A DNA stretch of 63,987 bases, filler included, from Octopus bimaculoides (Eukaryota): NCBI RefSeq assembly GCF_001194135.2. It is 6 parts of 6 records of this genome, joined end to end, with 100 filler letters (N's around TTAATTAATTAA, not from the genome) between each part and the next. Parts side by side here need not be neighbours in the genome. Positions count along the whole stretch, not along the records: positions 19,356 to 47,108 come from NC_068994.1; positions 47,209 to 55,075 come from NC_068989.1; 4 more parts are not named here. One strand, given 5' to 3'. Shown here piece after piece: positions 40,561 through 52,791 of this stretch. Every line of letters begins with the position of its first letter. The first letter of the stretch is position 1. Under the pieces are notes generated by a model that did no database searches, had not been told where the DNA came from, and saw only the letters and a program-made list of their open reading frames with translations. A program made the position numbers and the translations under genes.

Positions 40561-41063
40561 GTAAACTTATGATTTTTGATATGAGTATAATGTCGGATCT
40601 AATGGTTAAGCTAATCTCGGTATTTTACTGGTATTTATTTTATCCATCTTAATTGGGTGGAAAGAGAAACAAAGTCACCCTAAACGAGATTTGAACTCGA
40701 TTCTTAAAGGAGCGTAACTGAATATGGCAAAGAATTTTGACCACCATTTTACCGACTCAGCCATGTTTCGTGTGTGTGACTCGAATATCGAATATGACTC
40801 TACCACGATACGACTGACTTAAATTTATGTATTGACAGCTGTGAAGTATTGTTGCTCTAATACATTACGCCTGCTGTCAGTTTTAATAATAACAGCGTTG
40901 TGAGTAAAGCTTTAGAAGAGAACAGCATTAGAAAGAGAGCAATGAGAGGCGAAAGAAAATATGTTACTTCATGGACAGTTTTGAGAGATACACAAGAGAG
41001 ACATTTGAGATTGACGGATCTTTGTATTGGTTATCCAAAGGAAATTTGAAGAAGAAAACAGAA

Positions 41064-41151
<88 letters not shown>

Positions 41152-41530
41152 GAAGTTACGAAACATGAAGTAGCCAATGCCATTGTTGATGGAAACAGAG
41201 AGGACAGACATGTACGTGGTATTTCGTTGAGAAACCGAAAACTGTGACTTATTTAATCAGTAGCTAAGAAACGTTATCTCGGAAGCAGCATTATAAATGC
41301 TAACCTCACAAAATATGCTCCAATTTCTTATGGAATCTATACCGACGATATAGATTTTAACTTTCAGCAGCAAAACTGGTGCCAAACTGTAATTGAAAAG
41401 ACGAAAATTCTAACGTTTCCTTTAGTGTTCTTAATATATAACAATATTCTTGCCTTCACGGGAGTATGAACCTATTAGAGTGTGTCACTTCTGTATTTAG
41501 TCTGTATTTTACAGGAAGATAGATAAAGTT

Positions 41531-41601
<71 letters not shown>

Positions 41602-42900
41602 AGGATGAGAAAATCACTAGCGCTCTAAGGTTTTCTTGTATAATTTCAATGTAAGCATTCTGGAGAATTGACCAGCGGTCAAAAGAAAGAATCACGATAT
41701 TTCAAACTGACCAAGTCTTATAACAAACAAGGACAAACTGAATGGCACGCTGAACGAAGAAAATATTTTGAAATGCTTTTAGTAGTACGGCCCACCTGCT
41801 AATGAGTCATGTCTCATTCAACCTGTTTCTACGGAAAAGTTGTCCGTTCATGCCATATAATGTAACACCTATGTGGTTGTTTGACATGCTAGTAAAAGCA
41901 GCAAAACCTTTATCATTCTTTAGCAAGAAGAGAATTTGGGGATTATTAAGTCTTATATATGGCATGTTTGAAAGGAGAGAGAAAGAAGGGATGAATTTAA
42001 TCATAAAACCACTCTAAAGGAAGAAGGGGTTATGCCGCAGCGGTAGTTGCAGAGGCAACAAACAAAGCACTAACAGCAACAACAACAGCAACAACGACAA
42101 CAACAACTCAAGAGTTCTGGTATTGCGATTGTCTAAAAAATAAAATGAGCTCAAATGGTTGGTTGTATCTTTGTCTCTCTCTCTCCACACACACACACAC
42201 AGACACACACAGACACACGCACTTAGGAATTCACATTGTAGTAGTAGCAATAGACATTTCATATACACACANNNNNNNNNNAAAAGAAAGAAAGAGACCT
42301 CGATATTATGTAAATAGAAGAATTTATCTGTAAAACTATGTCACACTTATTCGGCAGCCATGATAAAACTCCGAGTCATTTTCATAGGAACTTTCAATGG
42401 CCAAATAACTGAAGAGATGACGGCGTGGGTTTCCGCCCCTGCATCCGAAACTCGGAGTTTTATCATGGCTACCGAATAAGTGTCACATATTTTTAAAGAT
42501 ATATATATGTATATAATTTGAATTCTTTGCAATCAAATTTGATGGCAAAGAATCTAAACCACATCGAAAACATCTATAAACCCTCACAAAAGCGGTGAGC
42601 TGACAAGATGGTTAGAATGCTGGGCAAAATGCTAAGCCGTTTTTCGTCCATCTTTATGTTCTGAGTTCAAATTTTGCGAGGTCGACTTTGCCTTTTATCC
42701 TTTCGGAGTCGATAAAATAAATTCCAGTTGGAGAACTAGAGGTCGATCTAATCAACTTGACCGCCTTCCCCAAAACTATACTAATCCTGGTGCCCATGGA
42801 ATTTGAACTGAGAACGTAGACGGACGAAATGCCGCTAAGCTTTTTGCCCTGCTTGCTAACGCTTCTGTCATCTCACTGCCTTTGCTACTGCAACTACCAG

Positions 42901-42952
<52 letters not shown>

Positions 42953-42974
42953 GCTGCTGCTGCTGTTGTTGCTG

Positions 42975-43023
<49 letters not shown>

Positions 43024-43163
43024 AATGAACTGTTACAACGGAGGACATTAATTACACAGCAGATGTTAAGTTATTGATTATTGATAGAAGTGGAGGAATA
43101 TGTCTAAAGTCCTACAAAGAATGTTCAATTTTCAATTAATTCCGTCAATCTAAATGAAAATAG

Positions 43164-43745
43164 TTGGCGGTGTTACTCCCGGTCCGCCTTCCACCTACAC
43201 CACTACCACCAACTCCTACTACCACCAACACAAACACCGACGCCACTACAACCAGCAACACTGCTAACAGCAGCATCACTATTACCAACACCGCTACCCC
43301 CAACACGCCAATACCACTACCACTAACACAACTAGTACCAATACCACCGTTGCAAAGAACACCACTACCACCAGCACTGCTACTACTGACATTACTAGGC
43401 TCCACAACGACACCACCATTACAAACAATACCGCTACCACCAGCGCCACTACTACCTATACAACTATCCTCCACACAGACACTACCAATACTACCAACAC
43501 CACCACCACCACCACCACTACCAACACCATTATTAAAGACAACACTGCTACCACCAGCGCCACTACTACCAACACCACTATCACCATCACCACTACTATC
43601 AACACCAACAATGCTATCAGCAACAATAACACCAACACCACTACTACCCATACTAACTCTGCTACTATCACTATCACCACTAACACCAACACCACTAGCA
43701 CCAACACCACCATCATCACAACACTACCAACACTGTCTGCATTAT
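43164..43745. repeat. Degenerate ACC/ACT/AAC trinucleotide low-complexity tract (intronic to the minus gene)
   Basis: Composition visible; the motif ctaccaccagcgccactactacc recurs at about 43435 and 43548. Confidence 0.85.
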
Positions 43746-43994
43746 CAACACTTTCGCCATTGACCATCCAATAGCTATCCTCAGTCAATCTGAACATCTT
43801 CACTAACAGAATTGCGACAATCACAAAGACAATTTTCGCTGCTATTTCTAGTGAGTGCTTAGTCTACGACGCTGGCACCCCAACAAACGACATTAGCTAG
43901 TGGGGGAAAGGAAGGATTTGAGCACAGAGGAATTAATCTAGCACCGTAGTGGATCGACATATGAGAATAAATCAGAGAAAGCGGACATACATAC

Positions 43995-44119
43995 TTATAA
44001 ACATTCTATAGCATTCCAAGGAATCTAATGCTCTTAGCTTAGTTTTTCCTTGGGGATGGCCAGATTGGAGCAATATCGAGAATAACCAGCCGAAATTGTA
44101 AGGATAGTCTAGATCTCGA
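43995..44119 (-). CDS. Internal exon of the unidentified minus-strand gene
   Basis: gagttttttttcttcag|...A|gtatgt; 125 nt, phase 2 in, phase 1 out (matches the terminal exon). RDLDYPYNFGWLFSILLQSGHPQGKTKLRALDSLECYRMFI. Confidence 0.72.
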
Positions 44120-44302
44120 CTGAAGAAAAAAAACTCCGAATGACCTGTCCGTGTTTTCTTTGTATCGTCTATCTGGATGCTTTGTCCCTTTCGTGTATCA
44201 CCTAACTGTCTGGATGTTGTGTGTTCTTGTCCCATTCTGCATTATATATATATATGTAGCGGCGTACGTACACTTTTCTCTTATATGTAAATACACATTT
44301 TC

Positions 44303-44334
<32 letters not shown>

Positions 44335-44354
44335 ACATACTCACACACGTGGTC

Positions 44355-44960
44355 TAATCAATAAGTATCCGGACTGTTGCCATAATAACAAAGCTAAATC
44401 ACAGAGTGAAGCCGCTTGGCGCAGATTGACCATGATCTCTGCTGTGTATGCGCACTAAGTTTTAATGCTCTAGCTCAATTTCACCGTTTACATCAGTGCT
44501 TGGAAGGAACGTGTGTAGCGAGTGATCGTCGCACTGACTATGACAAATTTGAGCAGAAAACCTGCACCAAATTTTGCCAGAAGGTTGACGATATCTGCTC
44601 AGAGGCCTACGCAAAGTCTTCAAAAGGTTTTCTTCGTTCTCGATATTATCAAGGGGATCTTGTGCAACTAAAACCTGATTGTCTTCTTGGTTAGCTAAAA
44701 GCAGTTTTGACACAAACTTGGTAGACACCCGTCTCATACCTAAATCTTAAGTGATAATGGACTGAACTGTACATAATCTGCACATCCTCTCATAACTCAC
44801 GGATAGTGATTCCACGATTTCCCCTCACAGCTGCACTCACATCTGCGATGTTTTTCTCAATTCTGCTGGTTGCGGGTCTCCCAGAACGTTCGTGTATATG
44901 AAAATTTTTTCGGCCATCTTGGAAATGCCTGTAACACTAGTACACTTGAGTACCGCTCAT
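44355..44960. mobile_element. Mariner transposase remnant with an internal inversion
   Basis: + strand: TIR-like cgtggtctaatcaataagtatccggact, then FEQKTCTKFCQK...SEAYAK. - strand (44960 to about 44620): MSGTQVY...FQDGR...ERSGRP...MRRVSTKFVSKLL...ENEENLLK. Confidence 0.8.
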
Positions 44961-44968
44961 ATACACAA

Positions 44969-45065
<97 letters not shown>

Positions 45066-45288
45066 ACCTACTACACAAATACACACAGTCACACACACAC
45101 ATCCACGCATACACATCTACAATAATTGTGTGTGTATACATGCACTCACGTATACATATATACGAATACATATACACACATACATATGTATATATGTATC
45201 TTTGTAAATATATTTATAAACATACATGCATAGTACATACATACGCACATATATATATATATATAAACATATACACATATACATATAA

Positions 45289-45330
<42 letters not shown>

Positions 45331-45871
45331 TTACATATCCGTTCCAAGTATGTGATTTGTACTAATTGACTAACACCTTATGAGAATGCGATTTAAAGTG
45401 TGTTTGACCCTATATGTGTGTAGATATTTGTATATATCTCTGTTTATATGTATGTGTGTGCGTGCTTGTCTAAGCATGTACGTGTCTTTCCATTTATGTG
45501 TCCNNNNNNNNNNCTTGTCTAAGCATGTACGTGTCTTTCCATTTATGTGTCCTCCTAATTTCGTATGATAGCGGCTGTCCTAGATATGTGCTCGGCACAC
45601 TAATATGTTCTACTGTATTTCTACAAGCATTTCAAAAGCGCAAATCTCATATGGAAACAAACTGGATATGTTATTGTTATTGACACAAAGAACTACCGTG
45701 GAACTCTCAGAGAATTCGCAAAACGGTGGAATATATATCGGGAACAGCGCAAACATCCAATTAGTAAATACAGTTTGGACTTTATAGAGAATACATTATT
45801 GAAGTCTCAAGGTTATTTTTAAAATTAGAGTGGCTCTGACAGCGACAAGGCTAGCGTCACTGCTGCCTGAC

Positions 45872-46020
45872 TCATCTTTTTCATCGTTATCATCATCATC
45901 ATTTTCATCACGATTATCAACATCATTTTCATAGTCGTCGTCCATATCGTCTTCTTTATACAGAGCATGAATCCGAGCATAAAGTTGCTCGCCCTCTTCT
46001 TCATTTTTTGTCGGCAAGAA
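45872..46020 (-). CDS. Acidic internal exon of the unidentified minus-strand gene
   Basis: ggttttatag|TTC...GAT GA|gtcagg (weak donor); 149 nt, phase 0 in, phase 2 out (matches the next exon). FLPTKNEEEGEQLYARIHALYKEDDMDDDYENDVDNRDENDDDDNDEKD. Confidence 0.65.
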
Positions 46021-46452
46021 CTATAAAACCCTAAATAGGTTAACAGCAGAGACGAAAAGAATACGTCCCAGAAATTGCTACCGGTCGCAAAGTACCACCG
46101 ACTGAAGCTCCAGCATTGCCGGAGATCATCCCATTCTTTGTGAAGCAACATAACGAAGAGCTCGAAGGGTCTCTTTCTTCGGTTATGTTGGAAGGTAACA
46201 GAAATGGTTTCAAATTTTGACACAAGGCCAGCATTTTTAGTGTGTGAGGATCAGACGTCTGCATTGAGCCGATTGCTCGACTGGTAGTTATTTTATCAAC
46301 TCTGAAAGGAGGAAGGTTTGAATAGTGAGGTCCACTTTGGCGAGATATGAACTCAGAACATAAAAGCGTCATCAGAAATGCCGCTAAACATTTTTTCTTC
46401 TTGTCCGACGTGCTAACAATTCTACGAGCAAAACACCTCAATAATAATAATA

Positions 46453-46518
<66 letters not shown>

Positions 46519-47002
46519 GCTTCAATTTCTGGCGCAAGGCCAGCAATTTTAGGGGAGGGGTGAATCGATTACATCAGTCTCCAGTGTTCAACTGGAAATG
46601 TCTGAAACGCTGAACGGAGGAAATGCAAACTTGACCTCGGCGGAATTTGAACTCAGAACGTAAAAGCATTAAGGATTCTCTCAGCTAGACACCTTAACAA
46701 CAACAACAACAACAACAACAACAGCAGCAGCAGTAGCAACAACAGCAACAAGAACAATGACAAGAACAACAACAAGAAGAAAATGAAGAAGAGGGATGAC
46801 GATGATGACGACGACAACGATGATGATGATGATTATGATGATGATGAAAAATGATAATAATAATTATGATTTCTCTGTTTGTCACATTTATATACACATG
46901 CGAAAACAATAATATTGATGATAATTATAACCAAAAATGAAATAAAATAAAATAAAATAAACAGCAACAACAACAACAACAATAATAATAATAATAATGA
47001 TG

Positions 47003-47045
<43 letters not shown>

Positions 47046-47064
47046 TAATGACAATAATAATAAC

Positions 47065-47108
<44 letters not shown>

Positions 47109-47393
47109 NNNNNNNNNNNNNNNNNNNNNNNNNNNNNNNNNNNNNNNNNNNNTTAATTAATTAANNNNNNNNNNNNNNNNNNNNNNNNNNNNNNNNNNNN
47201 NNNNNNNNACCAACGCAAAACACTTTCAATACAGTAACCATAAGAGCATCACAGCAAACCACAGCACGTACCCAAGGCACACAGAGCTGCGCTCGGTAGT
47301 GAAGTGAAAGCACGTTATAAAAATAAAACTACTGAATAATAATAATAAGAAGAAGAATAATAAGAAGAAGAAGAAGAAGAAACGCCAGCCAAC

Positions 47394-47457
47394 CTTGACA
47401 GAGGCTGGACGTGTTCTTCGCTGCTCTGACGATTCAGCAGCCGAAGACACAGAAACC
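47394..47457 (-). CDS. Internal exon of the unidentified minus-strand gene
   Basis: ttatattag|G GTT...GTC AAG|gttggc; 64 nt, ends in phase 0 (matches the acidic exon). VSVSSAAESSEQRRTRPASVK. An in-frame alternative acceptor exists at 47519. Confidence 0.55.
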
Positions 47458-48033
47458 CTAATATAACCCAGCAAGACAACGGTAAAATAGCTCCCAAAGA
47501 CTGGAATATCTACAATTGCCTGTAAGTATTCTAAATCTCCCTCAAAATATGTTAGGAAACTTACATATCTACAGCTTTCGAACACACAAACGATCAGCTT
47601 TAAAAAAACATTTATATCTACAACTTCTGTGAATACCTATCCTTTCCTTTCTCCCTGAGTATTCGAAAATGTAAACGTCCTTTTTATTCTAAGAACACTA
47701 AAATTTCTCTCTGTGCAAACATACAAAAGACCATATTTAGTAAATCTTAAAACTTTACTATCTACAACTTTCCGTGAAAATATTACCCTCGTTTTCTTTT
47801 CTTTTTTATCACCGCCTGAGTATTCGAAAATGTTAACATCCTTTTTCATTGCAAAAACACTTCTGTATTCTTCAACTGGACAGAAAAACGAACATCCCAA
47901 GAAAACTTTAAAACTTTAATATATTAAATTTTGTATGAGACATCTTTCTATTCGCCCTGACTACCCAAATATATAAACATACCTTTTATTGCAACAACAC
48001 AATTGAATTCAGAGATTCAAAAGTTCAACGACG

Positions 48034-48083
<50 letters not shown>

Positions 48084-48909
48084 TATTGTTTTTTCTACCA
48101 GTAATTGCAAATAGAACAGGGTCAATTTCTTCTTTTCAAGGCCAAGGTCAGCGCTCTCAGTGGTCGCTGGTAGTAGTAAACACATTTGACCTCTTCTGAC
48201 GCAATGGGAGCGAAGATTCTTTTGTCCCTATGGCTGACCTCCTCACCATCTGCCGAATCTATTTATAGACCTGTTGAGATTGATCTATTTACCAAGCTGC
48301 TACTCTTCCCCCAAATATTTCCTTCAAAAACCACATATTTATGATTATCTCAAGTACAAGACAAAAGTTGAAAATAAAGAACATTTAATAAAATCTTTTA
48401 ATAATAATTGGCAAAGGTAATAATGATAATAACAATAGTAGTGGTGGTGATGGTGATAATGATAAAAATAAAAATAATATGATGCAGTTACTAATACTAC
48501 ACTACAACTATTCTGATAGCACAGGAAACTGAGGCCCAGCTACCACTACTAACACTACCCCCACCCCTACTACTGTTGCTGTTTCTGCCACCACTGCTGC
48601 TACTACACATAGATGCAACAATAAAGGCGGTAATTGACAACGGCAATAGAAGAATGAAGGAGAGCCTGTTCACCGAAGATAATATGCGAGCAATGGACGC
48701 CCTGGAAAATTGTTCTGTATGACATAACATCGCTTAGGAAGGCCAGATAAAATAGTGTAATTTTCTATGCGGTTGTCCATGTGAACAGCGCTGAAAATTG
48801 GTGCCATTCCTGCCCTCCATCAGGCCTGTGTAACCTGTGAGTCTGTTAATATAACAATGACAAATAGTAAAAAGATAAAAACAATAATATCAGTGATAAT
48901 AATAATAAT

Positions 48910-49430
48910 GAAAGGAAGCGGGTGGAGTCTCCCCATGTCCTAGCTAATGATACATCTAGTGATGGTGTCACAATAAAAACACTGTTAACTGCGCAACCTG
49001 ATAATCGGTACCTCAAATGAGTGACAACGAAAAAACAAAATATCGTGAATAACGGAGGTAATGAAACTGAAGCCATTGATGGTGACTTGCATCCGGCAGG
49101 TTCAGAGATTCTGGTCCGGCTCCAGCCTGTCGATATCAAGAATGGGACCACCACATACGGCGTAGATGAAGCAAGCAAATTAATGGTGTGGTCATGGAGT
49201 GTTACTACCTGAGCAACCCGGTAGATGAAAATGGTGCTCAAATTAGGAGTTACCGACAACGTATGTATGATCATTGGAGAGAAAAGGGATTGTTGCAACT
49301 CACGGAACAGAGACTATGGGATCAAGCTAGAGCAATAAGAAAAGATCGTTAGTTCACAGAAGTAGAGCTCGAAGCTATCAAAAAACGGGTTTTGGAAAAT
49401 AGCAGCAGAGATAACAATGAAAATACAGTT
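48910..49430 (+). mobile_element. R4/Dong-like non-LTR element N-terminal fragment
   Basis: About 49167-49385 reads *SKQINGVVMECYYLSNP...YRQRMYDHWREKGLLQLTEQRLWDQARAIRKDR*FTEVELEAIK, the VMECY...YR.RM...W...TEQRL.DQ.R.I N-terminal motif of R4-clade elements. Confidence 0.75.
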
Positions 49431-49559
49431 TTTTACTAATAAAAGTAATTTCATAGCACAAGAAAGGAGCAGTGGTAGTTTACTTGATGAGCGACATAGA
49501 TGATTTGAAAGAAGACAATAGAACTAATGGTGACATGACAGATGAAGAAAAGGCAATCT

Positions 49560-50235
49560 ACGACAGAACAAAGGCAAGACAACGATAGCTCTGAGCTCGA
49601 AAATGCAAACCATTTAAATAACGTCGTCATTTTCCTTTCAATGAAGCCCCTAGGCCCCTGCTGCCAGGTGGTAATACTCAACAGTCCATCACTGTTCTTC
49701 GCACCCTTCAATTAATCTCTCATACCTCTTCTCCTTCCGTTGCTCTCCATTAGCGATGTTCCCTTTCCAGGGCACTGTCAGCTCTAGAAAAATTCCAATT
49801 TTCCGTTCTGTGTTCCATAGTATTAAGTACGGTCTTTTTGTGTTTCTATGAGTGGAAATATTAACAGTCTTTCCAAATCCGCGGCCAGCTCTCAGTATCC
49901 CTTTCATCTTTCGTCCGTCTCGTATATTTTATTTAAAGGCCTGGCCTTATGTCCTTTTCCCTCCTTCTGGAAGTATATTCTTCGGAGCTTTTCCACTTTC
50001 GGGTATTCTCCCATATTATCTGCTTCGACCTTCTCCTTGAGTGCTGCGCTTATGATACCGAGGATTTGATTGTGACGTCATTTATATCTGTCTAGTGCTA
50101 GCTTACAGTTTGACAGAACATGTCTCACCGTCACTTTCTCTCCGCATCTACATTCATGAGCTGTTTGTATGTTCCACCGGACTAAATTTGCCGGTGAAGT
50201 TAAAACTTCGAAGGTAGACTTGATCAGAAAGGATG
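49560..50235 (-). mobile_element. Hero-like (RLE-clade) non-LTR retrotransposon 3' remnant
   Basis: FLIKSTFEVLTSPANLVRW...CRCG...TVRHVLSNCKLALDRYK*RHNQIL (CCHC knuckle), then RPYLILW...FLELTVPWKGN...RKEKRYERL...G(A/P)RGF (PD-(D/E)xK restriction-like endonuclease). Confidence 0.85.
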
Positions 50236-50259
50236 TTCTTGCTAGTTTCCAAGTTCAAA

Positions 50260-51080
50260 TTCAGCCTCACACAGAATGTGACAAAGCTGACACCTTTCAA
50301 TTACGGCTACAACTCATTTTTACCAGCTGAGTGAACTGCAGCAAGATGAAGTAGAGTGCATTGCTTAAGTACACAGCGCGCCGCCGTGAATCGTATTCAT
50401 GACCTTACGATCGTGGGCTGAATACCCCTAACCACTAAGTCACGCACCTTCACTCTCTGCACCGTAGAAAAAAGGAGTGAAGTGATAGAAACAGGGAAAG
50501 GAAAGTCTTAGTCATTTCAAATGACGATTAGACTAAAATACGATCGATCTTTTCTAGTTTTAACGTGCCTGAAAAGAAAAAAAAACATAGTCTTTCCCCC
50601 AACTAAAAGACAGGAAAAACTAACAAACAAGGCGAATAAGTACCGGAGGTAGAGGGACGAAGAGAGAACTAACACTCGATCCTTCTAGAACTCCCAGAAT
50701 GAAACTCTAAAGACCTGAAAGTCTTTCCCCGTATTCATTACTAAATCTCCTTCCCTATTCTTCATTGTTAAAAGTGAAGAAGCTAGAAAAGATCAATCGT
50801 ATTTTAGTCTAATCGTCATTTGGAAGGGCTAAGGCTTTCCTTTCCCTGTCTCTATCGCGTCACTCCTTTTCTCTACGGTTTAGAAAGTGAAGGTGCGTGA
50901 CTTAATGGTTAGGGGTATACGGCCCACGATCGTAAGGTCATGAGTACGATTCACGGCGGCGCGCTGTGTACTTAAGCAATGCACTCTACATCATTTTGCT
51001 GCAGTTCACTCAGCTGGTAAAAATGAGTTGTAGTCGTAATCGAAAGGGGCCAGCTTTGTCGCATTCTCTGTGAGGCTGAA
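50260..51080. repeat. Inverted duplication, arms of about 300 bp
   Basis: 50260-50564 is the reverse complement of 50767-51080 (with a small indel). Each arm covers a SINE B head plus about 100 bp of flanking non-SINE sequence. Confidence 0.9.
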
Positions 51081-51789
51081 TCTCCCCCAGAACTACGTTA
51101 GTGGAATGCATGTCTATGGAGTACTCAGCCACTTGCGCGTTAATTTCATCTTGGTGTGATAAAGAAAAGTGAAAGTGACATCCAATATTTGCTGTAGTTA
51201 TATGTCTTTAATTTACTAATGTGTCTATGTATCTATTTTTCTTCCGATGTATTATCAGTCTACGCCGAAAACACTGAAACATTTTAAAGCACAACATTTT
51301 AAAACAAAAAAAGGAACGTCACCTTCCTTTCTGTCACCACTCACTGTCTCTCTCACTTTCTCTCTTTCTCTCTCACTTCCTCTCTGTTCATCCTCTCGCC
51401 TGCTTTTAATTCAACAATTGATGTATGTATCTATATATCTACCTTTCGTTCGATGTATACATCAGTCTACTCTAAAAATCATGATAAACATTTAAACCCC
51501 CCACCAAAAAAAAAAAAAAAAGGAATGCCATCTTCTTTTCATTCACCACACAATGTCTCTCTGACTCTCTATCTTTCTCTCTCACTTCCTCTTTGTCCCT
51601 CTTTTCTCTCCCGTTTTCTCACTCACTTCAACAATACCTCTTCTGCTTAACACATTTTATTTCTATATTTCTTTGTACCTATTTACACCTCTTCAACATG
51701 TACCCCTTCAATCTGTTTACCTCTTCCTTTGAAATAAGTGTGACACACACCACAAGTACGCCCGTACAAAATTAAAAATTTAGCGTATT

Positions 51790-52325
51790 GCTATTATTGA
51801 TTATTATTTTCTCTGTATCACAAGTTTTGTTGGAGCATCTGGAGACTTGCATGCGTAGCGGGCTTACTATCTGCAGCCTACAGTACCATGTTATTCTTTC
51901 TTTTCTGCTATCAAATATTTTCGTGATTATTCTGGCCGTGCCAAGGAGGCAAACCTTTTGTAACAGGGCACTTTATCCCTCTTGATGTCTTCTGATACTG
52001 TTCCCAAGGACCCAACAATAAATGGCACTATCTTCACCGTCTTCATTTTCCATAGCCGGGTTATTTCGTGTTTAAGAGGGTTGTATCTATCTATCTTTCC
52101 GTCTTCCTCCTTGATTATTCGTGGGTCAAAGGGGCATGCAACACCAACTATATAGCATATGAGATTCACCTTGTCCACCACCACTAGGTTCCGTCTCTTA
52201 TGCTCTAGCATCTGATCAGTTTGGATTGGGAAATCCCAGAGGATTTTGCTGGTCTCCGACTCTGCCACTCTCTGCTGTTTGTGCTCATACCACGCCTTGC
52301 CTCTCTCTAGCCCCTCATTACCGTT
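51790..52325 (-). mobile_element. R4/Dong-like non-LTR element 3' end (restriction-like endonuclease)
   Basis: WYEHK...ETSKILWDFPIQTDQMLEHKR(P)NLVVVDK...VACPFD...KIDRYNPLKHEITRLWKM...VPFIVGSLGTVS...LLQKVCLLGTARII; short 3' UTR ending in AAT-rich sequence. Confidence 0.88.
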
Positions 52326-52719
52326 TCGTCATAAGACTACGGAAATGCTGGGTCACCACTTTGAAGAGTTCGTTCAAATAAATCGTTCCCAGAACCCTTT
52401 TTTTTGCTAAGCCTGGTATTATTCCATCATCCTTTATTGCCGAACCACTAAGTTACGGAGACGTAAACAAATCAGCTCCGGTTGTCAAACGGTGGTGGAG
52501 TACAAACATAGACACAAAGACACATACTGGTATGTGTGTATGTATGTATGTATGCATGTATGTATGCATGTATGTATATACGTATGCATGCATGTATGTA
52601 TGTATGTATGTATATAAGTATGTATGTATGTATGTATGTATGTGTATATATGTATGTGTCATTCAGAATTTTCTTTCCTCAGTCGAGTTCCAGATAATCT
52701 TTGCAATTTCAGCTGGTTA

Positions 52720-52791
<72 letters not shown>

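Noticed and set aside
43145-43824. Mucin-like Thr/Pro ORF (+) and Gly/Ser/Val ORF (-)
   Set aside because: Several frames are open because the degenerate trinucleotide tract lacks stops; no splice sites link it to the exon chain.
45465-45552. 39-bp exact repeat flanking a 10-N gap
   Set aside because: Typical unmerged contig overlap.
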